Shown in pieces: positions 9,613 to 19,214 of a DNA stretch of 64,000 bases (position 1 is its first letter; each line of letters begins with the position of its first letter). A model generated the notes under the pieces. It had not been told where the DNA came from and searched no databases. It was given only the letters and a program-made list of their open reading frames with translations. The stretch is from the NCBI GenBank assembly GCA_009841335.1, contig VXLY01000105.1, positions 4,136 to 68,135 of the forward strand, written 5' to 3'. The DNA comes from Rhodothermaceae bacterium. GTDB lineage: Bacteria > Bacteroidota > Rhodothermia > Rhodothermales > Bin80. The translations under genes and the position numbers were made by a program.

Positions 9613-10126
9613 GAGTGCCCAGCCATTTTCCTTAGTTGGACGTAACCGATCCAGACGTAGCCGGTTCACAAAACCACGATATCAGCATATTTTCGAATTC
9701 AGATGGACTAACGAGCAAGGATTCAGATTACTCCTGTTAAATTAAACTGCACCGTGTCTTGTTGGGTCATGAAATCTGATCATCTCAGACATGCCGAGAT
9801 ATGGGTGTATCTTAGAAATTAGGAATATGAACATATTTCCGTATTCCTGTTCTCCAGAAAGCGCGGGTACATCCCGTAGATACAAAACTTTGAACCATAC
9901 CATTTGGAACCTCCCACGCTACACCAGTTTGCCATTTCATTGAAACCTAATCGCCTCTAGATTCTAAGAATAGCGACGAACAAATGCCAACCATTCAAGT
10001 AGTGCTCGGGGGATTGGACAAGTTGATGTCCCAAGTCTGCCAGATCACCAATGGCAGTAAAATTGGTTTACAAGAAGCCTGTTTGAAAGTGTTAATACAT
10101 TTTCGAACCAACAGAACGGACATTTT

Positions 10127-11035
10127 ATGAAAATACGGAATGGCCCTGATGGCATTCATTTTTTTGACAGGAATTCGGGCACTAATCTGCTGCTGAATGA
10201 AGTTGTCTTACCCCCTGAGATTTGGAGTAGGTCGCCAAGGCAAGTGTCTATTGCACTGACTAATGCGTGCGACCTCGACTGCCTGCACTGTTATGCCCCG
10301 AAAACAAAAGCGAGACTTGAGGGTCAGCTTGTCAAGCGGTGGATGTCTGAGTTAGATGAGCAGGGTTGTTTTGGCGTCGGATTTGGCGGCGGGGAACCAA
10401 CCCTGCATCCAGAGTTGGTCGATATCTGCAATTATGGACAGTCAGAAACTGGCTTGGCAATTACAATAACTACTCATGGACATCACCTAAGTAATGATTT
10501 GTTGTCCCAACTTGCCGGAAGTGTAAATTTCATCCGTATAAGCATGGATGGTGTGGATTCGACTTACGAATCAATCCGGAATCGCTCCTTCAATCATCTG
10601 CTTGCAGTTCTCAAGAAACTGGATAGCCTTGTGCCATTTGGGATTAATTACGTCGTCAACCACAGAACTATTGATGACCTTGACAAAGCAATTCTTGTCG
10701 CCGAGAGCTTGAAGGCAAAAGATTTTCTTCTGCTGCCCGAGGAACCGTTTGGCCGAGGTGTGGAAATTGATAGCGGGTCACTCAAGCGATTAAAGGAATG
10801 GGTAGATTTGTACAAGGGCAATCTACGGTTGTCGGTTAGTTCTAGCTACGCGGCTGAATTCCCGAGCGCGTTGCCACTTGAGAAGGAGCCCGAGGAAATG
10901 GCTTTTTCCCACATTGACGCCGCAGGTGTTCTGAAACGAAGCTCCTATGAAAGTGGTGGCTGTAAAATTGATTCCCGCGGCGTCATAACCGCATACAGGT
11001 TATTGAACAGAGACACTGCAAGAGGTTTATTATGA
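10127..11035 (+). CDS. Radical SAM protein (302 aa, no SPASM domain)
   Basis: CX3CX2C motif CDLDCLHC (10268-10291), GGGEPTLHP, ISMDG. No C-terminal cysteine cluster. Confidence 0.9.
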   Translation: MKIRNGPDGIHFFDRNSGTNLLLNEVVLPPEIWSRSPRQVSIALTNACDLDCLHCYAPKTKARLEGQLVKRWMSELDEQGCFGVGFGGGEPTLHPELVDICNYGQSETGLAITITTHGHHLSNDLLSQLAGSVNFIRISMDGVDSTYESIRNRSFNHLLAVLKKLDSLVPFGINYVVNHRTIDDLDKAILVAESLKAKDFLLLPEEPFGRGVEIDSGSLKRLKEWVDLYKGNLRLSVSSSYAAEFPSALPLEKEPEEMAFSHIDAAGVLKRSSYESGGCKIDSRGVITAYRLLNRDTARGLL

Positions 11036-11421
11036 AGATCTGGAAGAGCTACGGCTCTGAGCATTCAATGAATCTTGTCATGATCGGCAGTTTCAAAAAG
11101 GAGGACGACGCTGAAAAAGTCGAAGAGGAGCTTAGGTTTCTGTTTGAAGAAATTCGAAGCTTGGACGATTCCGAGGTTTTTAGAGATCGATTCAGCGATG
11201 ATGTCAAAAAACTGCTGTATTCGAAAGAGATATACTGCTTGATGCCGCAGGAACTAGAGCAATTCCAGTATGATCATAGCTTCGAGCGCGACGGTAAAAA
11301 AATACGGTACTGGACCGACGAGTGGGATGTTTCAGCAGCGCTGAAAATCATGCTCACGGGGGGAGCGAAAGTGGAAATATTCTCTGGAGACAATTATCGA
11401 GAGTCCGATGTGAAGGAGTAG
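11032..11421 (+). CDS. Small acidic hypothetical protein (resembles DUF6375 family by recall)
   Basis: ATGA overlap with the radical SAM stop. N-terminus MKIWKSYGSEHSMNLVMIGSF. 10-bp gap to the next gene. Confidence 0.75.
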   Translation: MKIWKSYGSEHSMNLVMIGSFKKEDDAEKVEEELRFLFEEIRSLDDSEVFRDRFSDDVKKLLYSKEIYCLMPQELEQFQYDHSFERDGKKIRYWTDEWDVSAALKIMLTGGAKVEIFSGDNYRESDVKE

Positions 11422-11431
11422 AAAGTCGGGA

Positions 11432-14400
11432 ATGCTTGATTGGGGAAAATTTAAAAACCTTACGGGAAGCGACTCCGAAAACTTCGAGAAACTGTGTCGT
11501 AGCATAGTGCGCAGGAGGTTCGGACATTGCGGTCCACTTATTGGGAGAAGGAATCAACCCGGTGTTGAGTTTTATATCCGGCTCAGTCGGGATTGTCCCG
11601 AATTAGGCAGTTCGGGCGAAAAGGTCGGGTGGCAGTGTAAGTGGTTTGAATTGAGAGCGAATAAGAAACTAGTGTCTAATCAAAGGAAGCAAATCAGGCG
11701 CTCTCTTGACACTACAAAAGCTCATATTGAAGGTTTAAATCGCTGGATACTCTGGTTACCCTTCACGCTGGCTGAAGAGGATCAGGACTGGTTTTATGGT
11801 CTGCAACCTGAATACGAGTACGAACTGCATTTGTGGAATGCCGAAGATATTGACGGTTTTCTGGAAGGTCCGGCACTTGAGTTAAGACACGCATACTTCG
11901 GTGAACTTGCGCTGACTGATGAAGCATTGGAATGGCAGCATGGTTTGTCCGTGGCCCCGATAAGAGAGCGGTGGATAAAAGAGGTTCATCACCAGGTACG
12001 GGTCGAAAAAGAGTTACAACAATATCTCGGTCATCCTTCGGCTTGGGAAGACTTTAAACAAGCAGGTGCTTCCCTGTCAGAAGCTTATGAGGCCATAAAA
12101 AAAGATGTTAATGAATCCATTTATTGTGATTGGTCACAAGACCTGAAGGAGTTCCTACTTTATTGCTCAATGTGCCTCAGGTTTGCTGAATATTTTACTA
12201 ACAATCTAAGTGCGGAAGACATTGAGTCTATTAACGGCATGCTCAGTCAGGTTAGATCGCTTGATTCAAGAATTCGTACTGTCTTGTACCACATAAGAAA
12301 CAGGAATCTGCCGCTTGCTATAGAGATTACTAATTCACTTGCATGTATCAAGGACATTCGAAAACTGCTGGAAAACGCATCGGAATATTTGTCCTGTTCT
12401 TTTGTTGCCGTGATAGCGGATGCTGGGGGCGGCAAGACTCAGATGGCTGCTGAACTGACGGCAACTCAACGGCATGGTCACCGACCTGCGGGGATCCTTC
12501 TGCATGGCAGACGTCTCCAGAAAGGTGGCAGCTTGGATGACCTCGCCAAGGAGATTTCGTTTTACGGACAGAAAGTACCAAGCTTCCAGGCATTAGTTTC
12601 CGCCCTTGATGCAGCCGCCTACAGAAGCAATTGCCGCTTGCCAGTTATTATTGACGGTCTCAGCGAGGCAGAGGAGCCCAGGGAATGGAAGCCGGAGCTT
12701 AAAACAGCGCTCGAACTGCTTAGGAACTATCCGAATGTTTTGCTTATATGCACATTAAGATCCGGCGAACGGGAACACCGTGAGGCCGCTCCCCGTCGCA
12801 ATAGAAGGGCGAACAACCGGGAGATCTTTGCGCAAATGTCACTGCCTGAAGACTGTGCCCGCCTAGAATGCGACGGCTTTGGCAATCTAACTTTGAAAGC
12901 CGTCAAAAGCTACTTCCAGCATTATAAAATCGAAGCAGATTTAGTCCGGATCCCGAAAAATTTTTTTAACCACCCACTGAACCTGCGGATATTTTGCGAG
13001 GTAACTAACAGGAAGGCAGAAGAAACAGTGAAGGTTACTACTTTTCCTACCTCAATTACAACCTTGTTCGGCAAGCAAATTGAATATGCTGCTGAAAGGA
13101 TAGCCGAGTTCACCAATCTCCATCGGCCTTACAGTAAAGAGGATGTTCGGTCTACAGTTTTTCACTTTGGGAAAGAGTTGTGGGTGTCGGGGATGAGACA
13201 GGTTTCCGAGGCGGATCTACTCCGTTCGCTTGATCAACCAGGGAGGAGTTGGGATGATAGTATTGTCAGTCTTCTGGCGCAAGAGGGAATAATATTTCGC
13301 AATCCAGACGATATCCCTGGGGCATACACCATCACTGCGGTTTTTGATCGATTGGGCGGCTACATAATTGCTGACGCGTTATTACAAGAAAACAGAAGTA
13401 ATACCATGTCTAACTGGATGTGTAGTGACACCATTCTGGAAATGCTGTTTGGAGAAAATGAATCAAGTCACAGTTTGTCTCAGGACATTTTGCATGCTCT
13501 GATAGCTCTCGCTCCTAAATACTCGCGCAATCAAGAACAGCTATGGGAGGTTGTCCCGGAGAAGTATAGAGAAGAAGTTATTGATCTGTCAACACTGATT
13601 GACCCCGAGGATTTCTGTGACAAAACCAAACAAGAATTCAGAGAGCAGATACTACGAAAGGGATTGGATTATTCTACACTAGCGCGTTTGGAGGATCTTC
13701 TCGCTAGCGATCACCCGCTTAATGCGGATTTTCTGAGTGACTTATTGAGAGCTTTTTCCGTAAAAGAGAGGGACCTTTCGTGGACTGAATATTTGCGAGG
13801 GTATTATGGCGACTATATGTTACCTCTGTTGCCCAAAATCGACTCCCTTGTACAACGATGGAAGTCCGACAGTACACCTAAAACTGAAGGCGACAGGCTT
13901 TTGGCTGTCTGGGTCAGTTGGCTGCTTACGTCCACATCCATTGAGATACGGGACTTCTCTACCGAAGCCCTTTACTGGTATGGCAGAAGTTGTCCTAGGA
14001 ATCTGTTCGAGGTGACCGTTTCTTCGCTGGACATTAATGACCCCTATGTTCCTGAAAGGCTTTTAGCCGCCAGCTACGGAGTTGTCATGTTTTTTGTATA
14101 CAAAGAGGAACATCTGGAAGAAATGAAGTGGCTCGTTTCCCGGTTATACGAGCAAATGTTCTGCAAGTCGGCCAAAAACGCGACGACACATTTCTTAGCC
14201 CGGGACTACGCGAGTCGGATAATATGGATAACAAGAGAACTCTTAGCGGGGACTCTATCTAATGAACAATTGGCGGATGCTTCACATCCCTATACCTCCA
14301 TGCCGAGACGAATATGGGGATCTCTAGAAGGGATTGCAACAGGGCCAAGGACTGAATCTCCCTTGGGCATGGACTTCGAAAATTACACTATCGGAAGATT

Positions 14401-15571
14401 AGTTCCAGGTCGCAATGCCTACGATTATTACCATCCTGATTACCAGGACGTAAGGGCAAAGATATTGTGGCGTATTAAAGATCTTGGATGGAACAACGAG
14501 GACTATGCAATCGCCGAAGAAAGAATCTCCGAAGGCTCAAACCGTAGAAGGATGCATGGTGATCGAATCGAACGCTACGGGAAAAAATATTCGTGGATTG
14601 CATATTATGAAATAGCGGGCCAGCGCCTTGATGAAGAAATGTTGAATACCTACGGTGAGCGATTTGCGGCAGATCTTGATCCAGGTTTTCCAAAACCGAT
14701 TGTTGAAAGAGAATTGGGAGCGGCAGAGTATCTAGGCGATTCTGATATGGATACGGTCGACTGGATCAAGAATTCAAACCCGCCTGAAATAGACCATCTA
14801 ACCAAAATAGACTCTTTGGATGGTGTATCTGGGCCCTGGGTTTTGTTATATGGTGGTGTTTCTGAAAGATCAAAAAGGATAGACAGGTATTTTGATTTTA
14901 GTTGCAGAGCAATCTTGGTTAAGCAGGGCGATATACAGAAACTGATTTCTTACTGGAGGAATGGCGGGCGGGAGAAAATTGATTTGCCAGAAATGGTTCA
15001 ATCTACGTACCTGTATTCTGGAGAATTGAACAGGTTGCCAGATAGTATGCTTAACTCTAATGTAGATATTAATCTTGTTGTAGGTACAACGGTCGAACGG
15101 CAGGAGCAACCCACAATTACATTTGTGGAGAATGAGGAAACCATTGTCTTAACAACTAAACAAGTACTTGAAGACGTTGTAGTTCCGGTCTATGAATCCA
15201 TAAGAGCATGTAACCCAGTGGCTGAGTTCTGTTGGCTTGCGAGAGATAGTTCTACGCCGAGTCTACCAGTGATCGTTCCGACTTCAATATTAGTGGAAAC
15301 CCTGAATCTTAAGATTGATCCAGCATCATTTGATGTTGAGGATATTCAAGGCAACCTAGCTGCACGCAATATAAATTTTGGAGGCCAGACGCATGGCAGC
15401 TACAGGAGGTTCTTCTATATACGAGGAGATCTTTTGACTAGATTTATGGCCGAAGAAAGACTGCAATTGGTCTGGCTTGTACATGGAAGGCGAACAGCCG
15501 ACATTTTTTCGTCAGACGCTGCGTATCAGGAATTTAGTTTTGCAAACCAGGTGAGAGATAGCTCACTGTAA
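11432..15571 (+). CDS. Avs/AVAST-like STAND NTPase with N-terminal Mrr-like nuclease (1379 aa)
   Basis: N-terminus W..FK...NFE..C...NQPGVE...GWQCKWF resembles the Avs4 nuclease domain. Walker A ADAGGGKT (12416-12439), Walker B VIIDGLSE. Long C-terminal sensor-like region containing IERYGKKYSWIA. Confidence 0.8.
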   Translation: MLDWGKFKNLTGSDSENFEKLCRSIVRRRFGHCGPLIGRRNQPGVEFYIRLSRDCPELGSSGEKVGWQCKWFELRANKKLVSNQRKQIRRSLDTTKAHIEGLNRWILWLPFTLAEEDQDWFYGLQPEYEYELHLWNAEDIDGFLEGPALELRHAYFGELALTDEALEWQHGLSVAPIRERWIKEVHHQVRVEKELQQYLGHPSAWEDFKQAGASLSEAYEAIKKDVNESIYCDWSQDLKEFLLYCSMCLRFAEYFTNNLSAEDIESINGMLSQVRSLDSRIRTVLYHIRNRNLPLAIEITNSLACIKDIRKLLENASEYLSCSFVAVIADAGGGKTQMAAELTATQRHGHRPAGILLHGRRLQKGGSLDDLAKEISFYGQKVPSFQALVSALDAAAYRSNCRLPVIIDGLSEAEEPREWKPELKTALELLRNYPNVLLICTLRSGEREHREAAPRRNRRANNREIFAQMSLPEDCARLECDGFGNLTLKAVKSYFQHYKIEADLVRIPKNFFNHPLNLRIFCEVTNRKAEETVKVTTFPTSITTLFGKQIEYAAERIAEFTNLHRPYSKEDVRSTVFHFGKELWVSGMRQVSEADLLRSLDQPGRSWDDSIVSLLAQEGIIFRNPDDIPGAYTITAVFDRLGGYIIADALLQENRSNTMSNWMCSDTILEMLFGENESSHSLSQDILHALIALAPKYSRNQEQLWEVVPEKYREEVIDLSTLIDPEDFCDKTKQEFREQILRKGLDYSTLARLEDLLASDHPLNADFLSDLLRAFSVKERDLSWTEYLRGYYGDYMLPLLPKIDSLVQRWKSDSTPKTEGDRLLAVWVSWLLTSTSIEIRDFSTEALYWYGRSCPRNLFEVTVSSLDINDPYVPERLLAASYGVVMFFVYKEEHLEEMKWLVSRLYEQMFCKSAKNATTHFLARDYASRIIWITRELLAGTLSNEQLADASHPYTSMPRRIWGSLEGIATGPRTESPLGMDFENYTIGRLVPGRNAYDYYHPDYQDVRAKILWRIKDLGWNNEDYAIAEERISEGSNRRRMHGDRIERYGKKYSWIAYYEIAGQRLDEEMLNTYGERFAADLDPGFPKPIVERELGAAEYLGDSDMDTVDWIKNSNPPEIDHLTKIDSLDGVSGPWVLLYGGVSERSKRIDRYFDFSCRAILVKQGDIQKLISYWRNGGREKIDLPEMVQSTYLYSGELNRLPDSMLNSNVDINLVVGTTVERQEQPTITFVENEETIVLTTKQVLEDVVVPVYESIRACNPVAEFCWLARDSSTPSLPVIVPTSILVETLNLKIDPASFDVEDIQGNLAARNINFGGQTHGSYRRFFYIRGDLLTRFMAEERLQLVWLVHGRRTADIFSSDAAYQEFSFANQVRDSSL

Positions 15572-15739
15572 TAGTTGTCTTAAGTATGTGCTGAGTGTAT
15601 AGAGTTGGTACTTGTCCCGGATTAATCTGTGGACATTTTCCTGTATCTCTTATGTAACTCCCGTACTCTACCCTCCATGGTATAGCACACCCATTTTGTC
15701 TGGACAGGGCCACCTGTGACGCATATTTGTAAGCTTGCT

Positions 15740-16624
15740 TCAAATTAGCGGCAACAACGTCTCGGCGGAACGACGCACATGCATTTCATAAAAATCGGAA
15801 CTGAATACGCTGCTGCCATGATCCTCCAGAAATTTTCGTTCTGAATCCGATATCCCTTCGGGGTTGGAGTCTACACTGCCCGGAAACCGATTCGCTGGCG
15901 TGCGATCAAGTGGAGGACAAAATTCAACCGAGATCGCACCGTCGTAACCAACCTCTTTTAACGCCTGCACGATTGCAGGCCAATCCAAACAACCCATGCC
16001 ACAGGCCATGCGGTTGTTGTCTGCAACGTGAAAGTTTACCAGGCGGCCTTGTGCCTCGTGAATAGCGGCAATCGGATCATCCTCCTCAATATTCATATGA
16101 AAGATGTCTAGACATACCCCGCAATCTGGAGCCACCGCCTCAGCCAAGGCCAACGCCTGGGCACCCCGATTAATGAAATAAGTCTCGAAGCGATTAATGG
16201 GTTCAATGCCGATCTTGACCCCGTGCTGACGCCCATGCTCATTGATCTCCTGCAAAGCAGCAACACACCAGTCCCACTCCATCTCCGGAGTTGAGTCTGG
16301 AACGATTTTCCCGACCGTGCTGGGCACTACCGAGATAACCTCCCCACCCAATTCGCCCACCATCGTGATGCAATCCTTCACATAAGTCACTGATTCTGCT
16401 CGCTGATCCTCGTCTTTTGCAAGGAGATTGCGCTCATCAAGCATCAAGGTGACACTGCCCCAACAACGCACCCCATAGCTATCCACAAGCTTGCGAACCT
16501 TACCAGTATCGTATTTGTAGGGCTCGCCCTGAATTTCCAGGCTCTTATAGCCGTACTTGGCTAACCGCTCAACGGTAACCTCTATTGGTTCGACCTTCAT
16601 CCAGTTGTGTATCGCAAGGTGCAT
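15740..16624 (-). CDS. Sugar phosphate isomerase/epimerase (xylose-isomerase-like TIM barrel; ketose 3-epimerase family)
   Basis: IGIEPINRFETY, LDIFHMNIEE, FHVADNNR metal-binding motifs. Confidence 0.9.
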   Translation of the reverse strand: MHLAIHNWMKVEPIEVTVERLAKYGYKSLEIQGEPYKYDTGKVRKLVDSYGVRCWGSVTLMLDERNLLAKDEDQRAESVTYVKDCITMVGELGGEVISVVPSTVGKIVPDSTPEMEWDWCVAALQEINEHGRQHGVKIGIEPINRFETYFINRGAQALALAEAVAPDCGVCLDIFHMNIEEDDPIAAIHEAQGRLVNFHVADNNRMACGMGCLDWPAIVQALKEVGYDGAISVEFCPPLDRTPANRFPGSVDSNPEGISDSERKFLEDHGSSVFSSDFYEMHVRRSAETLLPLI

Positions 16625-16687
16625 TTGATTTTCAGATTAACAATTCGTGTGTGTCAAAAATACAACGCGAGAACTAGTCCTCTGCAT

Positions 16688-17665
16688 CTATGTGCCACGC
16701 GTTCTCTTTAGTTCATGGCGCGCCGCTAATCGGCGAACGATCTCATCTGTGCTAACGCCCACGAGAATGACCGTGCCAATGATAGCGAACTCCAGCTGTG
16801 TTGGAATACCCAAAATGTTGATTGCATTGTAAAGGAGGCGTAGCACGGCTGCCCCAATTACCACACCAAAAATGGATCCCTCGCCCCCTCGCAGACTGCA
16901 TCCTCCAAGAACCGCTGCCGCAATCGCATACAGCTCGTAAAAATTGCCATGCACGGCTGGCTGAATAGAGTTCACATCAAGTGAAAACAGCAGCCCCCCA
17001 AATCCAGCGGTCATCACACCAATCACATAGGCTACCGTGATCATCCGACTCGTGTTGATCCCACTGAAGCGCGCGGCTTCCTCATTGTATCCGAGTGCCA
17101 ACAGGTAGCGGCCCCAAACAGTGTTGTGCAGAAATCCCGCAGATAAAAAAGCCAGAACAATCAAGATCACGAACGGAATCGGAAGCCCAAAATCACCGGC
17201 AATGGGGATGCGACCAATAGCCAATTGCCGCAATCCGTCAAAAGCCGAACCGAACCCCTGTGTCTGATCACCTGCAAGCCAACGCGCAAGCCCCCGGTAA
17301 ACCAGTAACCCACACAAGGTCACAACAAACGGCTGCAGGTTGAGCTTGGTCACCAAAACTCCGTGAAAAATGCCCATTACCAGGAGAACACCAAACAAGA
17401 TCAGCAGAACAAGTACCAGTGGCATGCCAACATCAACCAGCAACATTGGCACTAGAACACCAACAAGCGCAATCACAGATCCTGTGGACAGATCAATACC
17501 GCCAGTAATAATGACAAAGGCTGCTCCAATACTTATGATTCCGAATAGACCTGTCCATCGCAGCGTATTCTGCAGATTGTAGGCGGTCAGAAAGTTCGGC
17601 TCCAGGATCGCTGTGAGCACAAACACGGCGACAAACACTCCGAGTATCCCGAATACCTTTTTCAT
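16688..17665 (-). CDS. Sugar ABC transporter permease (RbsC-like)
   Basis: Hydrophobic; IITGGIDLSTGS, ELYAIAAAVLGGCSLRGGEGS. Confidence 0.95.
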   Translation of the reverse strand: MKKVFGILGVFVAVFVLTAILEPNFLTAYNLQNTLRWTGLFGIISIGAAFVIITGGIDLSTGSVIALVGVLVPMLLVDVGMPLVLVLLILFGVLLVMGIFHGVLVTKLNLQPFVVTLCGLLVYRGLARWLAGDQTQGFGSAFDGLRQLAIGRIPIAGDFGLPIPFVILIVLAFLSAGFLHNTVWGRYLLALGYNEEAARFSGINTSRMITVAYVIGVMTAGFGGLLFSLDVNSIQPAVHGNFYELYAIAAAVLGGCSLRGGEGSIFGVVIGAAVLRLLYNAINILGIPTQLEFAIIGTVILVGVSTDEIVRRLAARHELKRTRGT

Positions 17666-19209
17666 GCAGCTTCCCCAATATTTTCTTGTTCAATAAGGGG
17701 CTCGTGAGCCGTACCCGTGGCTAGCTGCATAAGCGCCCTTTCGTTGAGTTCGGTATGATCCAGTTCTCCGACTATGGCGTGATCCTGCATCACCAGCACA
17801 CGATCGGAAAGTGCGATGATTTCATCAGACTCGCTGCTAACCAACAGAATCGCCATCCCCCTAGCAGCCAGTTCGTCAATAGCTTTGTAGGTCTCCTGTT
17901 TCGCTCCCACATCTATACCACGTGTAGGCTCATCCAGTAAAAGAACACGAGGATGCAGCGTAAGCCATTTACCTAGTACGACCTTCTGTTGGTTACCACC
18001 GGACAGGTGACGCGTTGGTTTACCCGTTTGAACACCCTGGATATTCAACTGGCTAACCATTTCCTTTGTCACGCCACTCTCCCATGTACGATCCAGCAAC
18101 TTCCAACCCAGATAATGTCGATACAATGCTCCCAGGCTAAGATTAGGCTGTGTTGCCATTTCCAGTATCAAGCCCTGCTTTGCCCGATCTTCGGGTACCA
18201 GTGCAATACCTACCGCTATGGCGTGGTGAGGGGATTTCAACTCAACGGGTTGGTCGGCTACGGTGACACGTCCACTCTTTGGCATATCCACGCCGAAAAG
18301 TATTCTAAGCAACTCTGTACGTCCTGATCCAACCAAACCGGACAGTCCCACGATCTCGCCTTCACGCAGGCAAAAAGATAGTCTTTGTTTTTCTTTATTC
18401 CTCGTAGCAAGACGTTCCGCACGCAAGACTGGAGGACCTGGCTCATTGCGCTTTCGAGTATAAATGCGATTCACACTCCGTCCAATCATGCACCTCACCA
18501 TTTCATCCCGTGTGACAGATTCCTGTGCCAGTCTTCCGGTGATTCGCCCGTCACGAAGAACAACTACACGATCAGCAATTGACATCACCTCCCTTAGCCG
18601 ATGAGATACATACAATATGCTCACCCCCCGCTCCTGCAACTCACGAATCACATCAAATAGTACCTCGGCTTCCTCCTCCGCCAGGCTTGACGTCGGTTCA
18701 TCCATAATCAGAAGCCTTGCGTTGGACGCTAATGCACGGGCCACCTCTACCAACTGTCGCTGCCCTATTGGCAATTCGGCAACCAGGGTTTGTGGATCAC
18801 ACTTGAGGTCCACCCGCTCCAGATATCTTAGTGCCTGTGTGCGAAGTGTGCGTTTATTGATCCAGCCTGCACGGGTTGGCTCACGACCCAGATACAGATT
18901 CGCGGCGACAGTCAAGTTCGGAAGCAGGCTGAGTTCCTGATGAATCAGGGCAATGCCTGCAGCATGTGCCTGCTTTACAGAAGTAAAATGTTGAACGTGA
19001 TCGTCCAGATGGATCGTACCCTCGTCGGGCAAGAGCACACCTGCCAGTATGTTCATCAGTGTGCTCTTACCAGCCCCATTCTCGCCAATAACCGCAACGA
19101 CCTCCCCGTACCCAACGCGCAAATCTACAGAATCAAGTGCGAGCGTCCCTGGAAACCGCTTTGTGATCCCCCGAACCTCAAGTAGCGGCGTCTCCCCAGG
19201 CACACGCAT
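17662..19209 (-). CDS. Sugar ABC transporter ATP-binding protein (two ABC domains, RbsA-like)
   Basis: GENGAGKST, LIMDEPT, LSGGNQQKV, LLDEPTRGIDVG. Confidence 0.95.
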   Translation of the reverse strand: MRVPGETPLLEVRGITKRFPGTLALDSVDLRVGYGEVVAVIGENGAGKSTLMNILAGVLLPDEGTIHLDDHVQHFTSVKQAHAAGIALIHQELSLLPNLTVAANLYLGREPTRAGWINKRTLRTQALRYLERVDLKCDPQTLVAELPIGQRQLVEVARALASNARLLIMDEPTSSLAEEEAEVLFDVIRELQERGVSILYVSHRLREVMSIADRVVVLRDGRITGRLAQESVTRDEMVRCMIGRSVNRIYTRKRNEPGPPVLRAERLATRNKEKQRLSFCLREGEIVGLSGLVGSGRTELLRILFGVDMPKSGRVTVADQPVELKSPHHAIAVGIALVPEDRAKQGLILEMATQPNLSLGALYRHYLGWKLLDRTWESGVTKEMVSQLNIQGVQTGKPTRHLSGGNQQKVVLGKWLTLHPRVLLLDEPTRGIDVGAKQETYKAIDELAARGMAILLVSSESDEIIALSDRVLVMQDHAIVGELDHTELNERALMQLATGTAHEPLIEQENIGEAA

Positions 19210-19214
19210 CTTTC

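Noticed and set aside
10127-11035. Calling the radical SAM protein a prokaryotic viperin or a RiPP maturase
   Set aside because: No viperin-specific motifs recognised, no SPASM or RRE domain, and no short precursor-like peptide nearby.
15590-15610. TGTATAG as a partner end for the IS21-like repeat
   Set aside because: Only 6 bp match, with no internal repeats, and it lies on the wrong side of the 6433 end.
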